From: the human T2T-CHM13v2.0 reference genome, Homo sapiens
Assembly (NCBI RefSeq): GCF_009914755.1
Contig: NC_060934.1
DNA length: 64,000 nucleotides
Strand: one strand, 5' to 3'
Part shown: piece by piece, positions 35,316-47,400 of the stretch
How positions within the stretch are numbered: position 1 is the first letter of the stretch
Layout: each line of letters opens with the position of its first letter
The notes under the pieces: model-generated
The model's database searches: none
Seen by the model: only the letters and a program-made list of their open reading frames with translations
Told to the model about the DNA's origin: nothing
Made by a program: the position numbers and the translations under genes

Positions 35316-38300
35316 TTAATATAAGAAAAGAATAGATACAGCACTCATTTTTCTATACCCCAAGTGTTTTAATTATTTCTATATTTGGAAATGAATTCAT
35401 AATATATTAGTCACATTATTTGAAATTTCAAATTATAATTTTATTTGTTTCAGATAAAAGCCTCGTCCTTTAAAAACATACGTTTGGATGAATAAACAAA
35501 GCAAGCTTTCTATGACTTTCATATAAACTACTTTCTCATCCTGTATTGCTCCATTGAGTTAGTGAGGTCAGGGTTTTGATAGAATGAGAATATTCATACA
35601 GTGAATTGCAGACATATTTGCAGGTTTTTAAAAATGATGTTGGCTTTGTCTAGGGCTGAGGGTGATGTTGCAGGGCAAGTGTAAAGGACAGAGTCACACA
35701 GAGACTCCTGAGAACTAGAAAGCAACCAGTGAGTGCCAGCATCTGAAGGGCAAGGAAGTGTCAACGTAGTTCCGTATAAATTTAGTAAAACATAAGGCAA
35801 GCACCCAATTGTTTTCCAACACAATATGCTAATTGGAGTGGCAGAATTGTATGGTAGAAAGAACATACAAATGACAAATATATTCACAACACTGTGCCAA
35901 GTGCAGTGAGAGGTACAGTGACATAAAGACATGCATTTTCAGACATTATAGTCGGTTTGAGGATTTAATATATTAATCATGTACAGAGATCTAAAATTTC
36001 CTTGAGTACGTATTATGCATGCTGAATGGTAGGAAATGTGTGCTAAGTATTTTATTCTGGATTCTCTCAAATAAAACTGACCTCATAGCTCTGAGTTAAG
36101 TAATTTTATATTTACCACATAAGAAAATTGAAGTACAAATGAGGAAATCGAGGTACAGACAGATTAAGCAACTTGTCCAAGACTATACAGCTGCTACGCA
36201 GAGCATCAGGGATTCAAATCTAGGAATGAGTGAAGAATTTTATTACTAATTGCATAAGTAATTACATACGTCTAAGCCAGTCATATATTCTTTGTTGGTT
36301 CTATGACCCAATATTGCAGAAAATAATTATAGAATTGGATTTTCTGTTTGAGTACAAAATTTGCTTCACAAAATTATAATTCTGTTGTTTAAATATTGAA
36401 TGTATAGTGTGAATTGTTATCTAATAGTAGTATCTGTTTTAAAGTCACATATTGGTAAACATTGCCTTAATAATGATTATGGTTGTCAGCACATGTTATA
36501 TCAACGAATCCTTTCAAATAATTAATGTGGTAAGTGTAGACCAAATCAACTGATAATTAGCTAAGCCTCAGAGGATCTGAGTACTGTATCTATATTTACA
36601 TGGCCAGTGAGTAGAGAGGTTGAGTCTTAATCCCAGTGATCTGACAGCAGTGATCTCATTTGTGTGTATGATTCCAGAATCACTGTGAGAGAATGTGAAC
36701 CCATATTTAGACAATGCATAGTTCCCAGCAACTACTAGAGTCTTATCTTGCTCTGGGAGTGCAGAAAATACATTATGATAACTTGGTAATATTGTAATGT
36801 GAAAAGCGTAAAGAGAATAACTCACAAGAAAAATATTAAGAAGTTTTCTGAAGCACACTTCTGTTGTGGCTTCCAGATTAATGTGCTTTCAAATTCTAAG
36901 CAGTGTTTTCCACAGACAGATTTTCTGTGTAAGCAGAAATTGGCTTAATTTAAGGAGATACAAAGGATGTTACAGTATTTTGTGTTTACTACAGAGATTG
37001 GCTGCCATTTGTTAGTGCAGTAAAATTTTGTAAAGCTGCTCCTCATGAGATTCTTTGAAATTCATTTATAACAACGAGACTGGATACTTAACATCTGCTG
37101 CAAATGTTTTCTAGGAGACTTAGTTACTCCTGTTCCCTACTTTCTGTAGTTTATTTCCATTCTATGATTGTTTATCTTTTGAAATAATTTCAACAATTGA
37201 CTCTGTTTAATTTGTCTGGTTCTGAGAAAACATTAGCTAGATGACAAATTTAACAGTTTAATCCAACAGGCCTTGAGTGGTATATATCGGCATGTGTTAC
37301 CAAAGGAGTCAAGAAATTAACTCCAGCTCTTAAACATTGAAAAAAGAAAAAGAAGGTAGGGGAGGGAATCTTGATAGCCACTTTGGTAATGACGCAAAGT
37401 GAGAGAAAATATCATCCTGGAGCTCAACGGTGAGCACACTTAATGGCAAAAGAAGTGAGAACTGACCATCTGCTCATCCACATGGTGAGATATGGACAAA
37501 TACCTCTTCTTGAGAATGAATGAGTGGCTATATGAATGAATAGGTGAATGAGCAAATGAAGGCCTATCTGTGAATAACCAAACTGGAAACCCACAGTCAG
37601 TTTACAAGCCTCTTGAGGATATGATCATAACTTGAATATCTCACTGAGAGCTAACCCTTTATATGAACTTAGCTCATTTACTTTTGCATTTGTTGTTGAA
37701 GGTCCTTCGTACCCTGCTCAAAGGCTGAATTCTTAAAAATATACTACCACCATTAAAAAAGAACACAAGAAAATTTTTGGAGGTGAATAAGTATGTTCAG
37801 TACCTTGGTTGTGATGATGATATTGGTCCAAACTCATCCAGGTGAATATATGAAAGGTGTACAATTTTTTTATACCTCAATAAAACTTCTAAAAAATGAT
37901 TTAAAACTAAACAGGAACAACAGCAAAACACTTAGGAAACAACAGAAGTTTCTGTCCCTGTTCTAAATGTTAACTTTAAAGGTTTGATTAGGAATTTATT
38001 TTTTAGTGCAGAAACATGATTTTCTTTTTCAAAACACAAACAGATCTAGTTAAAATCTACACATTTCCCTTCATAAAGGCAGAGACCCTCATGCAACAAT
38101 CATCTTTAGAAATAGAGGTCCCTGTAAAACCACAGTGCATGGTTTTTTGACTGTTTATGCATTAACAGCATTTTTTTGTTTCTAGCCTTGGAAATACATC
38201 AGAAATAGATCTCCTGACTGTGTTTGCATGGGTCCCTTAGAAATGACTTAAATATAAGCAAACCATATTACTTAAACAATGTTAAGCTATGCTGTAGCGC

Positions 38301-40100
38301 TGTATTACTGCTTTGAGAAATTCATATTGTTCAACTAAATATTGTAACAGTAATTCATGTTCATAGAAAAGTCAATCAAAGGTTTTCACAAGTTCGAGGC
38401 AGGAAAGGAAATAAAGGTCAGGCATTGTATTGCAAGTTCCCTATTCTAAATTGTAGTTCTTACAAATAGGCTCCTGAGGTTCCATAGCTTTAGCAGGACT
38501 CTTACATATGCCTTCATTGTCTCTTCTTTCAATGACATTCAGACATTTATTTCTTTCTCCCTCCCATTGTGTCTGACTGCCTCACACTGTTGAACTTGTG
38601 CCTCTCTCACCTCTTCCTTCTGTCTCTCTTTTTAATACCTTGATGCGGCTGCAACGGATGGTGGGATGCATTTTATTCAGCTCTCAAGGCAGTCAGAGTT
38701 CCACTTGAGTTCATGTAGCATCTGTTATAACAGGGTTAAAATTATAGAAAGTACATGATTTTATTCCCTTTAGCTGAAGGACAACAAAGGTGGATTTCCA
38801 TATTTCCTTGTAAAGTGCTGCTTCCGAGAAAGCACATTTTGGTATCCACTAATCCCAAGTAAAGTGACTTGGTTCCTAATGTTGGTTTTGCCATTAGCCT
38901 GGTGGTTTTGATAGGTTATTTATTTTCTTTAAGCCCATCAACCCTTCAGTTAGTCTCCATTCTGCCTACTTGTTGGTGAAATTTAAAAGGCCTCCTAGTA
39001 GCTCCAATAGTTACAGTATAATAGAAACAAGCAAATACTCGTTTTAAAAAAAATTCTATGAGGGTAAAAACACTTGGATTCAAAAGTGAGTTTGAACAAT
39101 ATCTACCAAGTGGTAATTAGGTATGCTCAGACTTTTAAACTAAAAATACACCACAAGACTACTGCACACTCCTACTAAGGTCCCAAGGATTATTGAAAAG
39201 TAGAAAGAAAAAAAAATAGTGGGAACTTCTTTTAGTTAAAATGCACATCTTATCAGTATTACTATAATAATAGTAATTGTGACCTTTAGTTTGAATTTCT
39301 TTTCTGGAAATATAAAGTCTTAGGGAATTGTGATATAAATCCCAAGGCTAAAATAGGTGTCCACTGATCATTCTGATTTTTATTTGATAATAGTCTTCCT
39401 AAATAGACTATTATTCTTATAAAATGGAAGGAGCAAGTTGGAAAGCTTAAGAAAACTCTGAAGAGCAGGCATTTCTAAATAGGAAGCTATAGGAGAAAAG
39501 GCTTATGACTATCCAAAGCACTTAGGCATCTGGTGTATTATATGGAATGTCTTTCTCTTTTTCCTCAATTATCAGAACAAGTTCAATGGTATTAAAACAA
39601 TAAAAAATGGTCTTAGTTGGATTAAATAGGCCTTCAAAGGGCTCTCTGACAGATACGCTCATGAAATTATGACATAACTCTGCAAACTGAATCTATGTGA
39701 AACAGAAAACATGTAGAAGACACAAAATTCTAAGGGAAACTCAAGGATTTTCTAAGATTGCTTTACATAACTGCTTCTGTTTTCCAAACTTTACCTTCTC
39801 TAACAACAAGCCATGATATACCAGCGTCAAAGTCTAGATAGTCCAATGGCAAGAATGCTGACAAAGGTAGTTGTATAAGAATGAGTCATATTTTGAATGA
39901 CAAAATGGTTAATATCTTCTTTCTTGCTTTTTTATATTGGCAATTTTTTCTATGTTTTAGAGGAATTGAGAATTAGAAGGTTATTTATGAGCGTAAGAGT
40001 ATAGGCAAATTTAACTCAATTCATTAAATAGTTATTGAATCTGCAAAACATTGTGGAGGATATAGAAAATTGTTACAATATGCATCTTATCCTCAAGGAG

Positions 40101-40476
40101 CGTAATCGTTTTATTTCAGCTGGAGTTTTTTACCACTTAGATGGAGCTTAGCTTTACTGAATGTAGACCTTAAACACTCTTTATGCCGAGTTTTATTAGC
40201 TTGGGTTTATCGTATGGCCGCTGTGGCTGGCACAAAATTTACCAACCATAAATATTAGTATAGTTTAGTCATACTTTCACTTATTACTTAAAATTTATCA
40301 CTGCTTTTTCCCATGGGGGTGTGGTTGAGCAAAGTGTTTTGAGCTGCGTTTATGCGTGCTTGATACCTGCTCCCTTTGATCCAGGTGATCTGGAGGGCAT
40401 TCTCACTGGGGCGGGGATGCTTGCATGTGTAATTTTTTACTAAGAATTCAAAAAACAGGCCAGGACCAAACTTCTA
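40101..40476 (-). pseudogene. MT-RNR1: mitochondrial 12S rRNA 5' fragment (NUMT, ~375 nt)
   Basis: Minus strand GTTTGGTCCTGGCC...TTACACATGCAAGCATCCCCG...CCACACCCCCATGGGAAA...GTGCCAGCCACAGCGG...AAAGAGTGTTT...AAAAACTCCAG matches conserved 12S blocks. Confidence 0.96.
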
Positions 40477-40547
40477 TGTTTACCGGGTTGTGCGGACCCA
40501 TCTAGGCATTTTCAGTGCCTTGCTTTAAATAATTAAGCTACATTAAC
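40477..40547 (-). tRNA. MT-TF: mt-tRNA-Phe(GAA) copy within the NUMT (pseudogene)
   Basis: GTTAATGTAGCTTAATTATTTAAAGCAAGGCACTGAAAATGCCTAGATGGGTCCGCACAACCCGGTAAACA. Anticodon arm AGGCA-CTGAAAA-TGCCT is intact; the acceptor stem has mismatches. Confidence 0.93.
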
Positions 40548-41343
40548 TGGGTGAAAAACATTTGAGTGGTATTTTGAAATACTAGGGGGATGTCAGGGGG
40601 TAGGATCTTGTTAGGTATAAATCTAAAGTGGTCCTTTACAGTCCTGGAAGTTTAGGGCCTTTAAAAAAGTTGAACTAGCAGAGGTTTTCGCTGAGGGGCC
40701 ATTTGTAGTTGAAGTTATATTTGATTTAGGACTATAATATCTGGGATACAAGCTTTTCAGAGCGGGATACCTGAAGTATTATATAAGTATTAGGACAGAG
40801 ATTTAGTTAGCATCGAAATAGGAGATTTTATTTGGTTGGAGAATGTTAGGATTTTTTAGAAAATTACGTTAATCGAGGGGCTAGGGTTGGAGTGTTCATG
40901 GTTAAATTATGATTTTTAGGGCTCTGACTAGGTTCAATTTAAGTATCTTGTTTTTGGGGGCTGGCTTACCTAATTTAACAATAAACTCAGAGATGGGGGG
41001 AGGGCAGATCTGCGGATTTAATCGGAAGCACTCCTTTAAATACTGCGTGAACGTACGTGTGTGTGTGAACGTACGGGTGTGTGAGAACGTACGTGTGCGT
41101 GAACGTACATGTGTGCGTGAATGTGTATTGATTATTATGGCCTTCAAGCATGAATGAATTAGCACCTTATGGTTTGGTATGTTGGCTCAGAATATTCAAG
41201 ATAAGTCCAGCTACAGTCGATTCCGCAGGGATCAGGCTCCCGCCGTGGTAAGTGGCAGCATCCCGAAAACAAAAACATACCAAATGCATGACAGTGCTCC
41301 CATGACTAGTTATTAGGGTGATAGTCACTAGTACATTGAGATA
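40548..41343 (-). other. mitochondrial control region (D-loop) portion of the NUMT
   Basis: CSB1-like TAATTCATTCATGCTTGAAGGCCATAATAA (~41132-41161), C-run CSB2-like segment (~40995-41005) and CSB3-like GCCAGCCCCCAAAAAACAAGA (~40945-40965). Confidence 0.9.
41044..41126. repeat. RS3-like ACGT tandem array (16-18 bp units, core GAACGTAC)
   Basis: GAACGTAC at 41049, 41067, 41085 and 41101, with a degenerate unit at 41119; lies directly 3' of CSB1 in mtDNA orientation. Confidence 0.9.
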
Positions 41344-41480
41344 TAAGGTTTGCAAATATTTTCTCCCAGTTTGTAGGTTGCCTCTCCACCCTCCACCCTC
41401 CTGTTTCCTTTGCTCTGCACAAGGTTTATAATTCTAAGTAATCCTGTTTATCTATTTTTGCCTTTATTGCCTCTGTTTTT
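41344..41480 (-). mobile_element. L1 ORF2 fragment abutting the NUMT
   Basis: GTTTGCAAATATTTTCTCCCAGTTTGTAGGTTGCCTCTCCAC. Confidence 0.75.
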
Positions 41481-42769
41481 GCGTACAAACTAAATCCTCA
41501 AAAACCTGTATTATCATAGTTATAAGATTTATTTTGGTAAGATTCCAAATAGTTTAAAATGCTTTTGTTTGTTTGTTTGACATAATGGCATCAGATATAA
41601 CATGGCATAATGTCATACCGTTACTCTTTCACTTAAAAATCGAAATGTAAACATTTTTAAATATGGCAAAAATGTACATTAGAAATACATTAAATGGTAA
41701 ATAACAAACTGCTGTTAATCCCACATATAATCATGGCTTACTTTTATAATACTTTGAACATTATAAAGTGATTTTCTATCTCTTATTATATTTTATAATA
41801 ACATGTGGGATAGCTGGAGTAGATATTATTTTCTCTGCCTTACATGTGCCAAAAACGAGAGAGGGAGAGAAGTGAAGTGACTTTCCCCATATTGCAAAGA
41901 CACAATGGTGCAGAGCTGAAACTTTACTGATTATTTGAAATACTTTACAATTTTTCTAAAACATAGTGAGATCTAGGTTCTTAGTGTTATAACCAGCCCT
42001 ATTTGAAAATTTCTCAGGATATTGGTTCATCCTTTATTAAAACAAACAAACAAAAGTAGGATCAAGTTAAGAAAAGCAGAATGTTTTGGTAGGATTAGGA
42101 TCTCAAAATAATTATCTGAAGCCAATAAAGTGTCACATTATTTTTCTTGCTTTATTTTTAATTCTATTATTTTTCCTGTGTCTATATGGTGATATAATAA
42201 CCTGAGAAAGACGGTTCTAATCACACATGTACTAATCACAACCACTCAACATAATTTTAAAGTAAAATTTAACCCGGATGTAAATTTAAAAGTTCTTAAA
42301 AGTATTCAACTTCTGTGTCTATACTTAAGACTCCATCCCTAGGTGTCCGTTGATTATGCAAGTAGGATTAACAATAATTAATTTATCAACCTAATCTTTA
42401 AGCAGTGCAAGCATTATTATTAGACTTTCTTAAATGGGCACTATAATATGTATCTTGATTGAGCTTACTTATTTCATAGAAGAATGGTATTTCTAAAATT
42501 CTTTTAGAGATTTTTGATATTCAATCTCAAATGTTTAATATATTTTCCAAAATTATCAAATAAGGATGAGCACTAGCATACTCTAATATTTACAGGAAAA
42601 ATATAAACAAAAACACTTGGATTTCTAGGTTCTTTAATAATCTCAATGCCAGGATGAATTCTCTAAGTCTGAAAAAATTGCCATGACTTGGTACTAAGAT
42701 CAGTATCAATTCAACCATTATTTATTTAAAAAAAATAACTTAAATAAAAGTTGCATTTACCATTTTGTG

Positions 42770-42937
42770 CAGTGGTTCTCAACCCTGGTTATTCCTCTAT
42801 AGTTTTAAAAAATGCTGATACCTGGGTCCTTGGCCCAGTGATTCAGCATAAATTAGTCTCACATGTGGCTTTGTCATCAGGAGCTTAAACAGTTTTCCAG
42901 TTTATATTAATGTGCAGCTGAATTTGAGAACAACTGC
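42770..42937. mobile_element. MER5A-like hAT MITE
   Basis: Termini CAGTGGTTCTCAA and TTGAGAACAACTG. Confidence 0.75.
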
Positions 42938-44302
42938 TTTAGTCTTTTGAAATGAGGCCAGGTGTACATATAAGGCCTTACTGTGCAAAGATTTAAATTT
43001 GGGGGACATTTTGGTCATATAAAGCTGGTTAATACAGATGAAGTTTAAAAGAAATAGACTCTTACTTACCAGATATACTAACACTTTGCAGGAATCAAGA
43101 TCATTTTGAGAGAATTAAAAAGAAGAGAAAAATAAACTTCCTGAATCCTGAATTTATAATTACATGTTCTACCTTTCTCGTACTATACCATCTTGATTGA
43201 TGCTTAGAATAAAATTCCAAAGAATCTGAAACAGCATACAAAATTATATTTGTATGATTTTCATGTTCAACATATTTCAGTGAATTTCAATGATTAAAAA
43301 TTAATTATCCATAGGTGATATATATGATTATTCCATTGCCAAGACTGTTACATTAAGTAAGGCAGCTAGTTCCCAACAGATCTGGAAATCAATGTTGCAA
43401 TCTGAAGAAGGCTTTTAAAGTCAATATTCTTAGGTACATATATAATTTTGTTATAATCTCCATATTATTGCAATTCAATTCTACAGAAGACCTTTCTTGT
43501 CACATCACCAGTCCAGTGACACTGGTAGAGTGTATCAAAGGAAATGTGAATTGTCCTCTTAAACTTCCAAACCAAATAATAGAGTGAATTGATTTATATT
43601 TCAACCTTGAGTACGGAAGACATTAACAATTATGATCCATAGTAAAAATCCTGTTTTTATGCAGTATAATTTATTGAGACTCATTTAAAATTCACATAAC
43701 ATTTGATTGTATGGAAGGTGTTTACAATTGTAATTTTTGCAACATTGAAAATGCCAAATGTGTTTGATTAATATCAACTTCCTGCAGCCACACCTGTGTA
43801 ATATTTATGCCTCTAAATTACTATTTGTGGTAATTAGCAGTTTTTCCATTGCAATTAACAAGCTTCAATCTCGAACATTGTCTGAGATAGCTTAACTTTT
43901 TACTTTTTTCTTAGTTGAAATGTTTTAATTATAGTTTAATTTGTTATTTTAGTTTTCCTTTTGTCTTCTTGGAGTTTAACCTCAATAACATTTTGAGTTG
44001 GTTCTTATTTATTTGCATCAAACCACTCTAAAATGTAATACAAATTATTATCACTCCAGCTACATGGAAAAACTTTAACAAACCTGTGAATGACTTAATC
44101 ATTTTAACAATTAAGACATTTACACACACACACATTTCTTCTAAAAAGAATGGTTAAAACTACCTATATACTGGAAACATATTTTCATATAACTTTGCTT
44201 ATTATTGTTTGTATTTATATTGCATAAATTATGTCAGTAGCTAGAATGACATGGATTTGACAAGAATAGAGAAAAGGTGGTTTCATATCCCAGACTCTTA
44301 AA

Positions 44303-44437
44303 ACACAAGCGCTCTGAAGATATGTATATAGTCTTCATGTCTGGCATCTAATTCCTATGAGTTTTTCAGTTTAGGACACAAGCGCTCTGAAGATATGTAT
44401 ATAGTCTTCATGTCTGGCATCTAATTCCTATGAGTTT
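44303..44437. repeat. perfect 62-bp direct duplication with an 11-bp spacer
   Basis: ACACAAGCGCTC...CCTATGAGTTT at 44303-44364 and 44376-44437. Confidence 0.97.
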
Positions 44438-47400
44438 CCTTCAATTAATACTAAACACATGTATAGAAATTGCCATAAACTGAGCTGTATGATGGTAATA
44501 ATCCCCAAATGACAATTCAATCATCCAGATCTTTGGGTTGTCCTAATTCCATTATACAAGGTGGATCTAATGGTCATTAGATCCCTAGATATGAGGGATC
44601 CCTAGAAAAGTATTTTCTTAATCTTGGATAATAGTTTTCAATGCTTTAGTGAAAATTGCTTATGGAACTCTTCGATTTTAATCAATCTTTGAAAATGGCT
44701 CTTTCAATGGTTGATAAGGTAAGTCATCACACAGTACTTCTATATTGTAAAAAAAAAGCTAAAACAGTAATCTTAATATACATTAGGTATTAAATACCTC
44801 TTATTTCCAGATGTATACAATAGATTCCTTTTATATCTTAGAGTTAAAACCAGAGAAAAAAATTGTCTGTCTCCATAAACCATGCACTCTCTTTTGTTAG
44901 ATAAAGAAAAAAGTGTAATTCATCTTTATCTTCTCTGATCTATTATGTGACTTTTAATTTTGATTTTAAAAATTGAACTTATTGATTTTTTTCTTGATAC
45001 ATAAATTATACATGTTCAGTGTCTATAGCGTACATTAAAAATTGTTTAAAATACGTATAATCTCAGCAAACAGAAAATTTATTTTTTTATTTAAAATATT
45101 ACCTAACATTTTAATTTTCCTAAATATCAAAACTGTCTTATTAGCATACACTCTCAAAATAAATTTTATTCTATCTTCTTTAATAACATACCAGTTTTTC
45201 CTTTATATGTATTTTGAACATATATTTGCTTCACTAAATGCTATTTTAAAAGCATGGATTTCATTTGTTAGTATTCCATAACTAGCAATTATAAAGTTGG
45301 ACATTTAGATTTATTTCAGTTTTCAATATTCACTTCTAAAGAAAGGTTACAATGAATATTTCTGTAATTAAGTCTAACCACACATGCAAGATTATTTCTT
45401 TAGAATACATTTTAGAAGTAGTATTAGATTAAGGCATTTGGCTTACAGTTTTAAAATCCCTTTAGAAAATGTTCTGTTATTATAATGGTCTATTTTTGTA
45501 TGCCTTGTATTATAATTTGTATCAAATATATTTTTATATGCATGGTATATATAAGAAATGCAAATCTAATTAGATAAAGCAACAAATATATTACATAATT
45601 GTGAGATATAGTCTTTAAAGTTAATATATCTGAGAAGTCTCCTTTTTCTTTTAATCTTCACAAATGTTTTTTCTTTTGTTCACTCTAGAAGATTTTGATG
45701 TATTGGTTTTGAATGACCAGGATTATTTCAGAAGGATTAAACTAATAAAATATTATAGGCAACAAGAGCAGTGAGGTGCTGAGAGGCATGTAAAACTGTG
45801 AGCCTATAGCATTTAATGGAAAGACTGACAGAAGGGAGCTAAAAATATATATTTTCGGTACCAGAGCCTACTTTTACAACTAATAATGCTGAACACAGCA
45901 AACTTGAACCTATTTAAATAATTAAAAAGCCTTAAATATGAATATTGTCAATACTAATGTTGATTTTAAATAGAATTCAAACATAATTGAGAATTTGCTT
46001 GACAAATTATACAACCTGCATCTTTACTATATTGAACACATTTATGTTGAAGTATTGTGATTATAAAAATGTTTATCTTGAATATATAATTTTCTTCTCT
46101 TGTATAACATGTATAATGTATGTAGTACCATTCATATTAGTATGTTTCTTCCTTGTTAACAATACAAAAAAGGTACGTATATGATTAAGTCTTTTTCTTT
46201 AAGAGAACATTCAGAAAGCCTAAAAATAAATTTTAAGTGAAACACTAGCAAAACTTTGACCTTTATTAAAATTGTACTTCTGTCCCCACTTGAACCTGGT
46301 TCTGTAGTTTAGATTCTGATTTTATTTGTCGAAAGGGATGCCTATGTACTCAATGCAAGTGACATAACATCCTTCATTCAATAAGAATACAAATGCATGA
46401 ATAAATACATATCTATTGCAAATAAAATAAAAATAGGAGAGCAGATAATTATTGAGGTATAAGTTTTTTACTAAAGTACAACACTCTCTAGTCATAAGAG
46501 CAGAAATATATTTACCAGTATAGCATGTTAATAATGGGTATTTATAAATGCTGCCAACCATATTTTTAATCAACTTAAAAATACATTTGGTAGAACTTAA
46601 GTTTAGCTGCATAAATGAGAGTAATGAACTTAGTTACAGATTTTTGGACACATTTGCCACTTTAATTAAAAAGATTAGTAATCGTAACATTTAATGCTGC
46701 TTTATATTTTCAAAAGGATTAGTTCAATAATGATTATAAATTTCCCTGGCATCTTTGCAATTATCATCATCCTCAAATTTATAGATGAGGGAATTTTCAG
46801 AAGAAAGTTAAGTACTAGGAATAGATTTTGAATCCAGTGGGTTTCAGTTACAAGACTGTTACAAGAGTATGAGTTTATAAATAGTTTCCAAGTGCCAATA
46901 AATGCCAGTGGTGGAGATAAACAGAAAAAGGTGATTTTATCACACCTGATTTAATGCTGTTTTTCTTTTATATTTCAACAGTCAGTGGAATCTTGGCAGT
47001 AACAAAAAGAGAAACAAAATTTACATTGTTAACAGTACCGATAGAGTGACACTCTTTATCACAGTTTGAGAGAAACTTCAAGAAGTAAAAATAGGAGATG
47101 TAGTCTACAGACACTTAAGAAATTCACATTATGCCAGAAAGACTAAGTAGCCATTCCCCTAGAAATTGAAGAAAAATAGAAACTGGGTTTGATTAAATGA
47201 CAGTATGAGTGCTACATATAAGACATTTTCTAGCCTTTCAGAGAAGGAAGTTAAGAGTACATGAAAAGATTATTACTGTTCCTGTTTGCCTTTGAAGATT
47301 ACAGAGGAGTACAGTCAGCATGCAGAGACAATATTGTTGTGACTTACAGTTTTAACAATGAATTCTATTGCTAGAATTTCCTTTTTTAAATGTTTTCTAT

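Larger units (their letters stand above)
40101..41343 (-). pseudogene. NUMT: nuclear copy of mitochondrial control region (central domain to CSBs), tRNA-Phe and 5' 12S rRNA
   Basis: The minus strand reads in mtDNA order: CTATCACCCTAATAACTAGTCATGGGAGC...CATGCATTTGGTAT (like human mtDNA ~10-57), CSB1, CSB3, tRNA-Phe, then 12S. Confidence 0.97.

Noticed and set aside
40101-40476. Possible nuclear MOTS-c or humanin-like micropeptide
   Set aside because: The fragment covers only the first ~375 nt of 12S; those ORFs lie further downstream in 12S and in 16S.
40902-41355. ORFs over the NUMT control region (THSRTHVR..., CVNVRVC...)
   Set aside because: Low-complexity read-through of the ACGT array in non-coding D-loop sequence.
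44303-44437. Repeat-spacer-repeat with a palindromic core, resembling CRISPR
   Set aside because: Only two copies, a 62-bp repeat with an 11-bp spacer, no cas genes, and a primate context.
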